DNA of 64,000 bases. Origin: an uncultured Actinomycetes bacterium. GTDB taxonomy: Bacteria; Actinomycetota; Thermoleophilia; UBA2241. Made by a program: the position numbers and the translations under genes. Location of the stretch: the NCBI GenBank assembly GCA_963725665.1, contig CAVRZA010000002.1, positions 416,001-480,000 on the forward strand, in the 5' to 3' direction. Of this stretch, positions 38,707 through 48,693 are shown piece after piece (positions within the stretch are counted from its first letter, which is position 1; the number at the start of each line of letters is the position of its first letter). Below the pieces are notes generated by a model. It did no database searches. It was given only the letters and a program-made list of their open reading frames with translations, and was not told the DNA's origin.

Positions 38707-39861
38707 TTGGGCAACCCAGTCCGCGTCGCCATCATCGGTGTCGGCAATTGCGCCTCGTCGTTCGTGCAGGGGGTGGAGTTCTACCGGCACGCGGCACCGG
38801 CCGATTTTGTGCCCGGCCTGATGCACCCTGTTCTCGGCGACTACCACATCAGCGACATCGAGTTCGTCGCCGCGTTCGATATCGACAAGAACAAGGTCGG
38901 CAAGGACCTCGCCGAGGCGGTCTTCGCAAAGCCCAACAACACGGTGAAGTTCGCTGATGTGCCGGCGAAGGCCGTGACTGTCGAGCGCGGGATGACGCAC
39001 GACGGCCTCGGCAAGTATCTCTCGCGCATCATCGAGAAGGCGGCGGGACCGACGGCGGACATCGTGCGCATCCTCAAAGAGACCGAGACCGACGTCGTGG
39101 TCAGCTACCTGCCGGTGGGGAGCGAAGAGGCCACCAAGTGGTATGCGGAGCAGATTCTCACCGCCGGCTGCGCCATGGTGAACTGCATCCCGGTGTTCAT
39201 CGCCCGCGAGCCTTACTGGCAGAAGCGGTTCGCGCAAGCCGGCGTGCCCGTCATCGGCGACGACATCAAGAGCCAGGTGGGGGCTACCATCGTCCATCGC
39301 GTCCTCACCCGCCTCATGCGCGAGCGCGGTGTGCGCCTTGAGCGGACGAGCCAGCTCAACGTCGGTGGCAACACGGACTTCCTCAACATGCTTGAGCGCG
39401 AGCGTCTCGAGTCCAAGAAGATCTCCAAGACGAACGCCGTCACGAGCCAGCTCGACTACGACATGGGCCGCAAGAACGTCCACATCGGGCCGAGCGACTA
39501 CGTCGAGTGGCTCGAGGACCGCAAGTGGGCCTACATCCGCATGGAAGGTCGCACCTTCGGCGACGTGCCGCTGAACATCGAGCTCAAGCTCGAGGTCGTC
39601 GACTCTCCCAACTCGGCGGGCATCGTCATCGATGCCGTGCGCTGCGCGAAGATCGGCCTCGACCGCGGCCTGTCGGGCACGCTGGAGGGTCCAAGCTCAT
39701 ACTTCATGAAATCGCCCCCGGTGCAGCACCCCGACGACGTCGCGCGGCGCATGACCGAGGAGTTCATCGCCGGGGTCGACAACGCCGTCGTGAGCGGCGA
39801 CGGGGCGGGCAAGAAACCCTCGGGGCGCCGGGCGGCCGCGGCGAAGTCGCCGCGACCGTAA
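38707..39861 (+). CDS. ino1: Inositol-3-phosphate synthase
   Basis: [43 protein letters not shown]. Confidence 0.96.
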   Translation: MGNPVRVAIIGVGNCASSFVQGVEFYRHAAPADFVPGLMHPVLGDYHISDIEFVAAFDIDKNKVGKDLAEAVFAKPNNTVKFADVPAKAVTVERGMTHDGLGKYLSRIIEKAAGPTADIVRILKETETDVVVSYLPVGSEEATKWYAEQILTAGCAMVNCIPVFIAREPYWQKRFAQAGVPVIGDDIKSQVGATIVHRVLTRLMRERGVRLERTSQLNVGGNTDFLNMLERERLESKKISKTNAVTSQLDYDMGRKNVHIGPSDYVEWLEDRKWAYIRMEGRTFGDVPLNIELKLEVVDSPNSAGIVIDAVRCAKIGLDRGLSGTLEGPSSYFMKSPPVQHPDDVARRMTEEFIAGVDNAVVSGDGAGKKPSGRRAAAAKSPRP

Positions 39862-39937
39862 CGCGGCCGCCCAGCGCGCGGGGCGCGGACTGTCTGACCG
39901 ACGGCGCGTGGCGATGCAACGTCCGCGCGAAGCTTAG

Positions 39938-41854
39938 TTGGCCGTGGAAGCAGCGAGCTACAGGATAGCGATGCTCACGCCCTACGCGTGGACCGTGCCG
40001 GGGGGCGTGAACAACCACATCGCGGCGCTCGCCGAGCGCTTCACCGCCCACGGCCACAGGGTCACTATCATCGCTCCCAGCGACGACAAGGCCGCGGTCA
40101 AGGCCGCTCGCGAGATGGTGCGGGCGGTGCTGCTCGGTGAGCGCGACACCCTGTTCACCGCCGACGAGCCCTACCCGCGTTATTTCTTCGCCGGCGGCAC
40201 CTTCTCGGTGCGCCACAACCGCTCCGTCAGCTATATCTCGCCGCCGGTCGATCTGCTCTCCAACGTCGACGTCGTGCTCGAGAACGAGGAGTTCGACGTT
40301 CTGCACATCCACGAGCCGTTCGTGCCCAGCCTCGGGTGGACGGCCATGAATCACGCCGAGTCGCCGATCGTGGCGACCTTCCACGCCAACTCCGAGCGCT
40401 TCTTCTGGTACTGGCTCGGCAAGCCGATCCTGAGCCGTGTCTTTCCCGTCTTCGACGCGGTCGTTGCGGTGTCGCCGGCGGCGCGCGACACGGCCGCGCG
40501 TTACTTTGAGGGCGACTATCGCGTCGTCCCCAACGGCATCGACTTGGGACGATTCCGACCTCCCGCCGAGCGCCGGCAGGGCACTCTGCGTGTGCTCTTC
40601 GTGGGGGGGGAATCGCGTCGCAAGGGTCTGGGGGTGCTGCTGCGGGCTTTGCGCTACATCGGTGAAGACATGCCGCCGTTCGAGCTCGAGGTGTGCGGGA
40701 GCGACGAGCACGAGGCGAGGTTCGGGCATCTCGTGCCCGAGCGCTTTCGCGGGCTGGTGCGCTTCCGCGGCCGCGTGCCCTACCACGAGCTGCCCGAGGT
40801 CTACGGCAGGGCGGACATCTTCTGCGCGCCCTCTTTGGGCAACGAGTCGTTCGGCATCGTCCTGCTCGAGGCCATGGCCACGCGGACGGCCGTGCTCGCC
40901 TCCGACATCGAAGGATACCGCGACGTCGTGACCGATGGGCGCGAGGGCCTCCTGGTGCCGCCCCGCAACCCGCGCGCCCTCGCCCGCGCCCTCGCGCACT
41001 TGCTCACCGACTCTTCGCTGCGCGAGGCGTGCGCCGCGTGCGGGCTCGAGACCGTCACGCGCTACAGCTGGGACATAGTCGCCGGTGAGATCATGCAGGT
41101 CTACCGTGACGTGATCCGGCGGCGACTCAAGCAGCGCTCGCGGCCGCGCCGGGCCGACCCCGAGCTCTTCGCCGACTTCCACGTTCACACCCACCACTCG
41201 CGCGACTGCGCGATGCAGGTCGACGAGCTGCTCGAGCGCGCGGCTGAGGTCGGTCTTGACGTGGTCGCCATCACCGACCACAACGAGGTCGCCGGCGGCT
41301 TCGAGGCGCTCCAGGTCGCGGACCGCTACGGCGTGCGCGTGATCGTCGGCGAGGAAGTCAGGACGCTGGAGGGCGAGGTGATCGGCCTGTTCCTCGAGGA
41401 GAGGATCCCTCCCGGGATGACCTTCGCCGAGACCATCGCGGAGATCAAAGGCCAGGGCGGCATCGTGTACGTCCCGCACCCGTTCGACCGACTTCATGCC
41501 GTGCCCGGGACGAGCTTGCTCAAGGCGAACCTCACCGACCTCGACGTCATCGAGGTCTTCAACTCGCGCATCGCTTACCCCGGTTTCAACGAGAAGGCGC
41601 TGCGCTTCTCGCAGCGTCATCGCTTGCCGGGCGCGGCCGGGAGCGACTCTCACGTGCTGCCTGGTCTCGGCACCGCTCTGACCGGCGTCGGCTCGTTCAG
41701 CGGACCGCAGGACTTCGTCGAGGCCCTCGGCGCGGGCCACATCCTGCGCCGCCCGAGAAGCCTCCTCTACCTCCAATCCCTGAAGCTCATCCAGACGAGC
41801 CTCGAGGGCGGCGGTCGGGCGGCGTCGCAGGCGGCCGGGCGCGGGACGCCGTAG
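39938..41854 (+). CDS. GT4 glycosyltransferase (PimA-like) fused to a PHP phosphoesterase domain
   Basis: PGGVNNH, LHIHEP, VPNGID, ESFGIVLLEAMA; then DFHVHTHHSRDC, ITDHN, PHPF, GSDSH in one continuous frame. Confidence 0.9.
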   Translation: MAVEAASYRIAMLTPYAWTVPGGVNNHIAALAERFTAHGHRVTIIAPSDDKAAVKAAREMVRAVLLGERDTLFTADEPYPRYFFAGGTFSVRHNRSVSYISPPVDLLSNVDVVLENEEFDVLHIHEPFVPSLGWTAMNHAESPIVATFHANSERFFWYWLGKPILSRVFPVFDAVVAVSPAARDTAARYFEGDYRVVPNGIDLGRFRPPAERRQGTLRVLFVGGESRRKGLGVLLRALRYIGEDMPPFELEVCGSDEHEARFGHLVPERFRGLVRFRGRVPYHELPEVYGRADIFCAPSLGNESFGIVLLEAMATRTAVLASDIEGYRDVVTDGREGLLVPPRNPRALARALAHLLTDSSLREACAACGLETVTRYSWDIVAGEIMQVYRDVIRRRLKQRSRPRRADPELFADFHVHTHHSRDCAMQVDELLERAAEVGLDVVAITDHNEVAGGFEALQVADRYGVRVIVGEEVRTLEGEVIGLFLEERIPPGMTFAETIAEIKGQGGIVYVPHPFDRLHAVPGTSLLKANLTDLDVIEVFNSRIAYPGFNEKALRFSQRHRLPGAAGSDSHVLPGLGTALTGVGSFSGPQDFVEALGAGHILRRPRSLLYLQSLKLIQTSLEGGGRAASQAAGRGTP

Positions 41855-41922
41855 TCGCTCCAAGGCGGCAAGGGATTTGCCGCCGGTGGGCGAACCTACT
41901 TGTCGGAGACGAAAGGCAGGTA

Positions 41923-42523
41923 CGTGGCTCAACCCAACGAGATCTACGACAAGTACCTGACCCGTGCCATCTCGGAGATCAACGAGCTCACGGGGGAGAT
42001 GCTGCGCTGCCGCATGTGCGCGCACTCCAAGACGATGCCCGTGATCGGCTCCGGCCATCCCCTGGCCGACATCATGCTCCTCAAGTACCAGGCTCAGCCC
42101 AGCGAGTGCCACGAGGGGGTGGCGTTCTTCGGCCGGGCCGGCACCGCGGTGATGAAGAGCTGTCAGCGGCTCGCCATCGACCCCCTGCAGCTCTATGGGA
42201 CCAACGTCGTCAAGTGCGGCAGCGTGCACGAACAGGCCCGTGCCGTCTGTCTCGATTTCCTGCGCCGCGAGATCGGCATCGTGGGACCGAAGATCATCGT
42301 AGCCATGGGGGAGCAGGTGGTCGCCGCGCTGAACGAGCTCGCCCTGCCGATGGCCAAGCCCCTCGAGTACGACTCCGGCGAGATCGTCGAGATCACGCCG
42401 GGCACGGACGTGCTCTTCACGCCCGACATCGACGAGTCCCTCGACGAGCAGCGTCAGAAGGCGGGGTTCTGGCAGGCGTTCCGCCGCCTCGGCGAGTGGT
42501 ACGAGGCGATACCGCCGTACTGA
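41923..42523 (+). CDS. Family-4 uracil-DNA-glycosylase-fold protein with degenerate catalytic motifs
   Basis: CRMC, AFFGRAG, TNVVKC, CLDFLRREI..VGPKIIVAMG; no GEAPG or HP motif. Confidence 0.75.
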
Positions 42524-42525
42524 CC

Positions 42526-43254
42526 GTGGAAGGCGGCCCGCGACGCCTCGGCGCGGCCCTCGCCGGCGGCGCGGCCCTCGCTCTCTTCACTGCCTTCAGC
42601 AGTCTCGCGCCGGCGATCCATCCCCTGCGCCTCGACATCGTCGTGTCGCTGGCCGTCACGCTGTCACTGCTGGCCGTGTTCCTCTGCGGTCTTGCGCCGC
42701 TCAGGACGCTGGGGCACCGTCTCCTTCTCATCGCCCTCGTGGCCTTGGCGGCCGCTCTGGTTCTGACCTACGTGGATTGGCTGCCCGGCGCCAACGTCGC
42801 CAAGGCAGTGTTCGCGGCGAGCGTCGGGCTGTGGCTGGCGGCGCAGATCGAGAATCTGGCCGTCTTCGTCGTCGTCGCCGTGCTCGCGGCGCTCGTCGAC
42901 AGCTTCAGCGTTCTCACCGCCGCCGGACCGACGCATACCCTGCTCACGGAGCATCCGCACGTCGTGGGGTACTTCGCCGTGGCCATGGTGTGGTTCGGCT
43001 ACAGCTACCGTGACGCTTTCTCGGCCATCGGCACCAGCGATCTGATCTTCTTCAGCCTCTATCTCGGGGCGGTTCTGCAGTTCAAGCTGCGCGTGACGCT
43101 GACCGTCGTCGCCATGACGGCCTCATTCCTTCTGACTGTGGTGCTGGCGCTCTGGACGTGGGCGCTGCCCGCCCTACCGCTACTCTCGGCGGCGTTCTTG
43201 CTCGCCAACGCGGACCTGCTGTGGCGCCGGTGGGGGGAGCGCGCCCCGCAGTAG
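42526..43254 (+). CDS. Polytopic membrane protein, GxGD/presenilin-like
   Basis: About 8 TMs; VDSFSV..GP, IGTSDLIFF, LPALP. Confidence 0.6.
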   Translation: MEGGPRRLGAALAGGAALALFTAFSSLAPAIHPLRLDIVVSLAVTLSLLAVFLCGLAPLRTLGHRLLLIALVALAAALVLTYVDWLPGANVAKAVFAASVGLWLAAQIENLAVFVVVAVLAALVDSFSVLTAAGPTHTLLTEHPHVVGYFAVAMVWFGYSYRDAFSAIGTSDLIFFSLYLGAVLQFKLRVTLTVVAMTASFLLTVVLALWTWALPALPLLSAAFLLANADLLWRRWGERAPQ

Positions 43255-43277
43255 CCTCGGCCCGCCGGCCGCACCGG

Positions 43278-44696
43278 CTATTCGATCTCGAAGAGGGCCA
43301 CCGTCTCTATGTGGTGCGTCTGCGGGAACATGTCGACGGGCGCTACGCGTTTGAGACGGTAGCCGAGGGTCTTGAGTTGCGCGGCGTTCGCCGCCAGTGT
43401 GGTCGGGTTGCATGAGACGTAGACGATACGGGCGGCGCCGAGCAGCGCCATGCGCTCTACAGCCTTCTTGCTCATGCCGGCGCGGGGAGGATCGGTGAGG
43501 ACGACCTCAGGCCGACCTGCGGGGAGCGCGACCTGCCCCTGCGCGCCCGTGAAGGCGGGCAGGGGCAGGTCGCGCTCCCCGCCCTCGACCAGCGGCTTGA
43601 GCAGCTTGCGCACGTCACCGCCCGCGAAGGCCGCGTTCGCGACGCCGTTCAGGCGCGCGTTCTCCACGGCCGCCTGCACGGCCTCCTCCTGGATCTCGAG
43701 TCCATACACCCAGCCGGCATGGCGGGCGAGGAGCAGCGAGATCGCGCCGATGCCGCAGTAGAGGTCGAGGACGGTGGTGCCGGTGAGAGGCTGCGCCAGG
43801 CGCAGGGCCGTCTCGTAGAGCAGCGAGCACATGGCGCTGTTTGTCTGCAGAAAGCCGGTCGCCGGCACGCGCAGCGGCACGCCCGCGAGTTCTTCGTGAA
43901 GGTAGGGCGGTCCGCTGACCATGAACGGCCCGACACCGACGGCGGCGTCGGCGCGCGACTCGTTGACGGTCACGGCGAACGACGAGTACGGCTGCAGCTC
44001 GCCGACCCGCGCCGCCAGCTCCTCCTCCTGAGGGAAGCGCTCGCTGACGTAGAGGTTCAGCAGGAGGTCGTTGCCGGCGGACCCGGTGCGCACGACGAGG
44101 TGACGCAGCAGGCCTTCGTGCGTGAGCTGTGAGTACGGGGGGAGGCCGAGGGCGCGGCAGGCGGTGGCCACCGCCTGCCGCGCCCGGTTCACCTCAGGCG
44201 GCGCGAGCCAGCAGTCTTCGATCTCAATGATCTCGCGCCACGAGCCCCGCTTGTGCAGGCCCAGCAGCAGGCGGCCGCTCTCGTCGCTGCCGAAGGAGTA
44301 CTCCATCTTGTTGCGGTAGCGCCAGGGCCGCGCCATGCCACGTATTGGCTCCACCTCGAAGCCGCTGAGGCCGCCGATGTGCTCCAACGACTCGACGACC
44401 TGACGCTGCTTGAAGTCGAGCTGGGCGCCGTAGTCGAGTGTCTGCCACTCGCAGCCACCACAGCCGTCTTCGTGTCCGCACGCCGGCGGTACGCGCAGGG
44501 TGGACGGGGCGACGATCTCGAGCAGGCGCGCCTCGGCGTAGCTGCGCTTGCGTTTCACGACCTGAGCGCGCACGCGGTCGCCGGGCACGGCGCGGCGCAC
44601 GAAGACTACGAAGTCGTCGATGCGACCGACGCCCTGCCCGCCGTAGGCGAGGCCGTCGATGGCCAGCTCGATGATCTCTCCGGCGTGGGGCGGCAC
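43278..44696 (-). CDS. rlmD: 23S rRNA uracil-C5-methyltransferase (TRAM + RlmD/RumA)
   Basis: CGGCEWQ, YRNK, FLQTN, DLYCGIG, DPPRAG, YVSCNP, DMFPQTHHIE. Confidence 0.92.
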   Translation of the reverse strand: MPPHAGEIIELAIDGLAYGGQGVGRIDDFVVFVRRAVPGDRVRAQVVKRKRSYAEARLLEIVAPSTLRVPPACGHEDGCGGCEWQTLDYGAQLDFKQRQVVESLEHIGGLSGFEVEPIRGMARPWRYRNKMEYSFGSDESGRLLLGLHKRGSWREIIEIEDCWLAPPEVNRARQAVATACRALGLPPYSQLTHEGLLRHLVVRTGSAGNDLLLNLYVSERFPQEEELAARVGELQPYSSFAVTVNESRADAAVGVGPFMVSGPPYLHEELAGVPLRVPATGFLQTNSAMCSLLYETALRLAQPLTGTTVLDLYCGIGAISLLLARHAGWVYGLEIQEEAVQAAVENARLNGVANAAFAGGDVRKLLKPLVEGGERDLPLPAFTGAQGQVALPAGRPEVVLTDPPRAGMSKKAVERMALLGAARIVYVSCNPTTLAANAAQLKTLGYRLKRVAPVDMFPQTHHIETVALFEIE

Positions 44697-44858
44697 GTCG
44701 GGGAGTGTACCCTGCGACGGCCCGTGAGGCGCTACGCGATTGTCACCCTACATTGCCGGATGCAGGTCCCGCCGGCGGGAACGGAGTCTGGTAGAGTGCG
44801 GGCGCCTTCCGGCGCAGAGGGAGGGAGGCGGCACTGACCGGCGGACGAAGGAGACCCC

Positions 44859-46358
44859 TTGACCGACCTCGACCTCGAGTCCTACCGACGCCGCGCCGAA
44901 GAGTTCGTCGGCGAGCTCGACAAGGAACACTACCTGCACTACGCCGGCCTCAATCCCGAGGCCAACTTCGCCGCCGTCTACGACCGCTACCCGGAGCTCT
45001 TCACGGCCGAGGCAGTGAAGGAGCTCGACCGCCTCTACGCCGTCAGCGAGGGCGACGAGAAGAAGCGTCTCGCTTACCTTCTCGAGCTCACCGTGGCCGG
45101 CTTCTTCGGCGCCGAGACCAAGGAGCTGAGCGACGAGATCGCCAATACCGAGGCGCAGGCCAAGGTCGAGATCGACGGGGAGTCGGTGCCCTACCGCTAC
45201 TCGAGCGTCGTACAGGCCAACGAGGCCGATCGAGAGCGGCGCCTGCGCATCCACACGGCGCGGCTCGACGTGGTCGCGGACGCCTTCAACCCCTTGTACG
45301 ACGACCTCTGGCGCCGCTCACACGCGTTGGCTCAGGATCTCGGCTACGACGACTATGAGTCGCTCTTCTCGGAGATCAAAGGCATCGACTACGGGCTTCT
45401 GCGTGGCCAGACCGACGCGCTGCTGCAGGACACCGAGGGCGTCTACCAGCGCTCGCTCGACAGGCTGGTCGAAGCCAAGATGGGTCTCACGCTCAAAGAG
45501 CTCCACGTCGCCGACCTGCCGTATCTCATGCGCGCCCCCGAGTACGACGCGGTCTTCGCCGCCGACCGTCTCGTGCCCACCTTCTCCAATCTGCTTGCCG
45601 ACATGGGTATCGACCTCGCGGCGCAGACGAACGTGCACCTCGACGCCGAGCCGCGCGAGCTCAAGACGCCGCGCGCCTTCTGCGCGCCCGTGCGCGTGCC
45701 CGGCGAGATCTACCTTGTCGTGATGCCCAAGGGCGGCCAGGACGACTTCCAGGCGCTGCTGCACGAGGGCGGACACACGGAGCACTTCGCCCACGCGCGG
45801 CCGGAGCTCGCCTTCGAGTACCGGCATCTCGGCGACATGGCCGTCACCGAGGGCTACGCCTTCATCATGGACCACCTCGTCCTGAACCCGCGTTGGCTGG
45901 AGCGCTACCTCGACTTCGTCGACTCCTCCGAGTTCATCACGTTCGCCACCGTCGTCGATCTCTTCTTCCTGCGCCGCTACTGCGGCAAGCTCGCCTACGA
46001 GACCGAGCTGCACAAGGAGACCGGCAGCCTAGACGGCATGGCCAGGGTCTACGGCGAGCGTCTCTCAGAGGCGCTGCTGATCGACGTGCCGCCCGAGAGC
46101 TACCTGGTCGACGTGGATCCCGGCTTCTACGCCGGCGACTATCTGCGCGCGTGGATGTTCGAGGGTGCTTTCCGCATGATGCTGCAGGACCGCTACGGCA
46201 TGGAGTGGTTCCGCGACCCCGCCGGCTGCGCCTGGCTGAAGGGGCTCTGGTCGAAGGGAGCCGAGTTCGGCGCCGAGCGGCTGACGCTGATGTGCGGGGG
46301 CGGAAAGCTCGACTTCCATCCCTTGCAGCACCTCATCGAGCGCAATCTGGGGCGCTGA
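44859..46358 (+). CDS. Zinc metallopeptidase-like protein (M3-like gluzincin)
   Basis: PRAFC, LLHEGGHTEH, downstream EGYAF. Confidence 0.72.
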   Translation: MTDLDLESYRRRAEEFVGELDKEHYLHYAGLNPEANFAAVYDRYPELFTAEAVKELDRLYAVSEGDEKKRLAYLLELTVAGFFGAETKELSDEIANTEAQAKVEIDGESVPYRYSSVVQANEADRERRLRIHTARLDVVADAFNPLYDDLWRRSHALAQDLGYDDYESLFSEIKGIDYGLLRGQTDALLQDTEGVYQRSLDRLVEAKMGLTLKELHVADLPYLMRAPEYDAVFAADRLVPTFSNLLADMGIDLAAQTNVHLDAEPRELKTPRAFCAPVRVPGEIYLVVMPKGGQDDFQALLHEGGHTEHFAHARPELAFEYRHLGDMAVTEGYAFIMDHLVLNPRWLERYLDFVDSSEFITFATVVDLFFLRRYCGKLAYETELHKETGSLDGMARVYGERLSEALLIDVPPESYLVDVDPGFYAGDYLRAWMFEGAFRMMLQDRYGMEWFRDPAGCAWLKGLWSKGAEFGAERLTLMCGGGKLDFHPLQHLIERNLGR

Positions 46359-46389
46359 GACGCGCCCCTTGACGGCGCCGCCCGAGCCT

Positions 46390-46785
46390 TCAGTCGTTCA
46401 GCATCCGCACTACGAGGCGCCGCCGGCGCGGACCGTCGAACTCGGCGAAGAAGATACCCTGCCAGGTGCCCAGGGCGAGGCTGCCGCCTTCGACGGGCAC
46501 GACGACGCTCGAGCCGACGAGGCTCGCCTTCACGTGCGCGTCGGCGTTGCCCTCCCGATGGCTGAAGGGCAGGTCGGCAGGCACGAGCCGTTCGAGGGCG
46601 GTCTGCATGTCGCGACACACCGACGGGTCGGCGTTCTCGTTGATGGTCACGCCCGCCGTCGTGTGAGGTACGTAGACGAGCACGGCGCCACGGCGCACCC
46701 CGCTCGCCGCGACCTCGCGCGCGACCTGTCCGGTCACGTCGACGAACTGCACCCGCTCGTGCGTCTCGATGTGCAGCACGACCAT
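46390..46785 (-). CDS. yjbQ: YjbQ (UPF0047) family protein
   Basis: PHTTAGVTINENAD, EGNADAH, LGTWQGIFFAEFDG; GGAGG SD. Confidence 0.92.
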   Translation of the reverse strand: MVVLHIETHERVQFVDVTGQVAREVAASGVRRGAVLVYVPHTTAGVTINENADPSVCRDMQTALERLVPADLPFSHREGNADAHVKASLVGSSVVVPVEGGSLALGTWQGIFFAEFDGPRRRRLVVRMLND

Positions 46786-46793
46786 CTCGCCTC

Positions 46794-47445
46794 CTAGAAG
46801 AGCCCGAAGCGGCGCTTCCTGCCGCTCTCGCGCACGCCGGGGCTGACTGTGCCGAGCTTGAGCGCCGTCACGACGTCCGCCGTGGACTTCACGATACCGG
46901 GGATCTCGGTGTAGCAGGCCATGATGTCCGCGGGGCGGTGCGCGTCGCTCCCGCCCGTGGTCGGCAGATCGAGCTCGCCAGGCGATGCGTCGGGCCTCGC
47001 TGACGTAGCGGCGGTCGAGCCAGGCGCCGTTGTAGAGCTCGACGGCGTCGACCACGGGCGCGACCGTCTGGTCGAGCGATTTGTAGTAGGCGGCGAGGCT
47101 GCGTCCGCCGCCGCCCGCCGGATGCACCCAGACCACGGCGGCGTGGGGCGGGATCTCCTGCGGGCGGGGCAGGTCCTGCACGGCGCGCAGACCGGACAGG
47201 TATCCGAGGTCGGGGCTGAAGATCACGTAGTCACCGAACATCGTCGAGATCTCGACACCGTGGATGAGGACCACGCCGATGTCGGCCAGGGGCCCTTCGA
47301 GCTCGCGGTTGTCGTCGATGTTGCCGTGGTTCGTCAGGGCGATCGACTCGAGGCCCAGATCGCGGCAGCGCGCGACGAAGTCCTGGAGCGAGGTGACGGA
47401 GCAGCTGGAGGCCGGGTAGGTGTGCGTGTGCAGGTCGATCTTCAC
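46794..47445 (-). CDS. PHP-domain protein, apparent frameshift near 46980
   Basis: IDLHTHT..SSC, LTNH, GVE, VHP, ELYNG; removing one T gives GELDLPTTGGSDAH...RFGLF*. Confidence 0.85.
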
Positions 47446-47588
47446 GGCCACGAGTATACACGCTGCCCCCGCGGTCGCCGGGCGTGTCCGAGGCGAGGCG
47501 CCGGCCATCCGGCGCCGCGCCTCGGACACCCCTGGCGTCGCCTTAAGGCAAAGGGGGAGAAGCGCCGATAAGAGAGCCGGAGGCTCTC

Positions 47589-48596
47589 GTGCAAGGTACA
47601 CTCGACACCTTTAGCGTCGCAGAGGTCTTGCAGATGCTCAGCAAGGCCCGGCGTTCGGGCACGCTGCACATCGAGTGCCCGGAGCGTCTGATCGACATCC
47701 ACTTCGTGCACGGCCACATCGCCGAGGCGCGCGATTCGACGCGCGTGTTCACCGACACGGTGCTGGGCAGCCAGCTTCTCAAGCGCTCGTTCGTGAACGA
47801 GGCGCAGCTCAGCGAGGCCCTGGAGGAGCAGGAGCACAAGCCGAAGCCGCTGGGCACGATCCTGGTCGAGAAGGGCTTCTTGCAGGAGCGTGAGCTGCGA
47901 GAGGTGCTGTCGCGCCAGGTGGCCAACACGCTCGTTGCCGCTAAGGCGGCCGGGAGCGGTACGTTCATGTTCGTCGCCGAAGCGACCCGCAAGCCCGTCG
48001 ACTGCATCACCGTCGACACGCACGCCGTGCTCATGGAGATCTCGTCGGTGGGCGGCGACTACCTGCTCGCCTTCGAGGTCCTCGGGCAGGCCAACACCGT
48101 CCTCATGCGCAACCACGACTACGAGACCCTTCCGCGGCACTCGATAACGATGGGGCGCGACGAGTTCTACGTCCTCGCTCAGGTCGACGACCGCCGGACG
48201 GTCACCGAGATCGCCAAGTCGGTCATGCTCGAAGAGATCACCGTGGTCAGCGTTCTCGGCAAGCTGTGCGAGGCGGGAGTGCTGCTGGCCAAGGCCGAGA
48301 AGCAGACCCGCGCCGAGGACGACGCCGAGCTGCGCGCCCATCGCGACAGCGTGTGGGCCGAGGTCAACCAGATCTTCGACGGTCTTGGTTTCGGCGAAGC
48401 CGATGAGGCGCCGGCCAAGGGGCGCGCGACGCTGCGGGCGGAGGTCACCCCTGAGGGCGTGGGCGACGCCGGCGCGCGCGGGGCACCGGACGGCGCCGGC
48501 GGGGACGCCGACGGGGCGTTCCTCGAAGGTCTGGTCGGGGAGGACGCCGCCGGGCTTCTGAGGGAGCAGCTCGACTGGGCCGACCCCAAGACCTGA
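47589..48596 (+). CDS. DUF4388 (PatA_N-like) domain protein
   Basis: GTLDTFSVAEVLQML..RSGTL, LGTILVEKG. Confidence 0.8.
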   Translation: MQGTLDTFSVAEVLQMLSKARRSGTLHIECPERLIDIHFVHGHIAEARDSTRVFTDTVLGSQLLKRSFVNEAQLSEALEEQEHKPKPLGTILVEKGFLQERELREVLSRQVANTLVAAKAAGSGTFMFVAEATRKPVDCITVDTHAVLMEISSVGGDYLLAFEVLGQANTVLMRNHDYETLPRHSITMGRDEFYVLAQVDDRRTVTEIAKSVMLEEITVVSVLGKLCEAGVLLAKAEKQTRAEDDAELRAHRDSVWAEVNQIFDGLGFGEADEAPAKGRATLRAEVTPEGVGDAGARGAPDGAGGDADGAFLEGLVGEDAAGLLREQLDWADPKT

Positions 48597-48623
48597 TCCC
48601 CGGGCGAATACGGGCCAAGCACG

Positions 48624-48669
48624 TGTGACGGCGCCGGCGGCCTCCGCGGAGGCCGCCGGCGCCGTCACA
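48624..48669. terminator. 46-bp perfect palindrome between convergent genes
   Basis: TGTGACGGCGCCGGCGGCCTCCG|CGGAGGCCGCCGGCGCCGTCACA. Confidence 0.7.
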
Positions 48670-48693
48670 ATCTCCCTTGTGGTCGGCCTCCCG

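Noticed and set aside
46390-47601. 403-aa PHP-YjbQ fusion in the ORF track
   Set aside because: Caused by one extra base near 46980; the PHP gene has its own stop at 46794 and yjbQ has its own SD and ATG.
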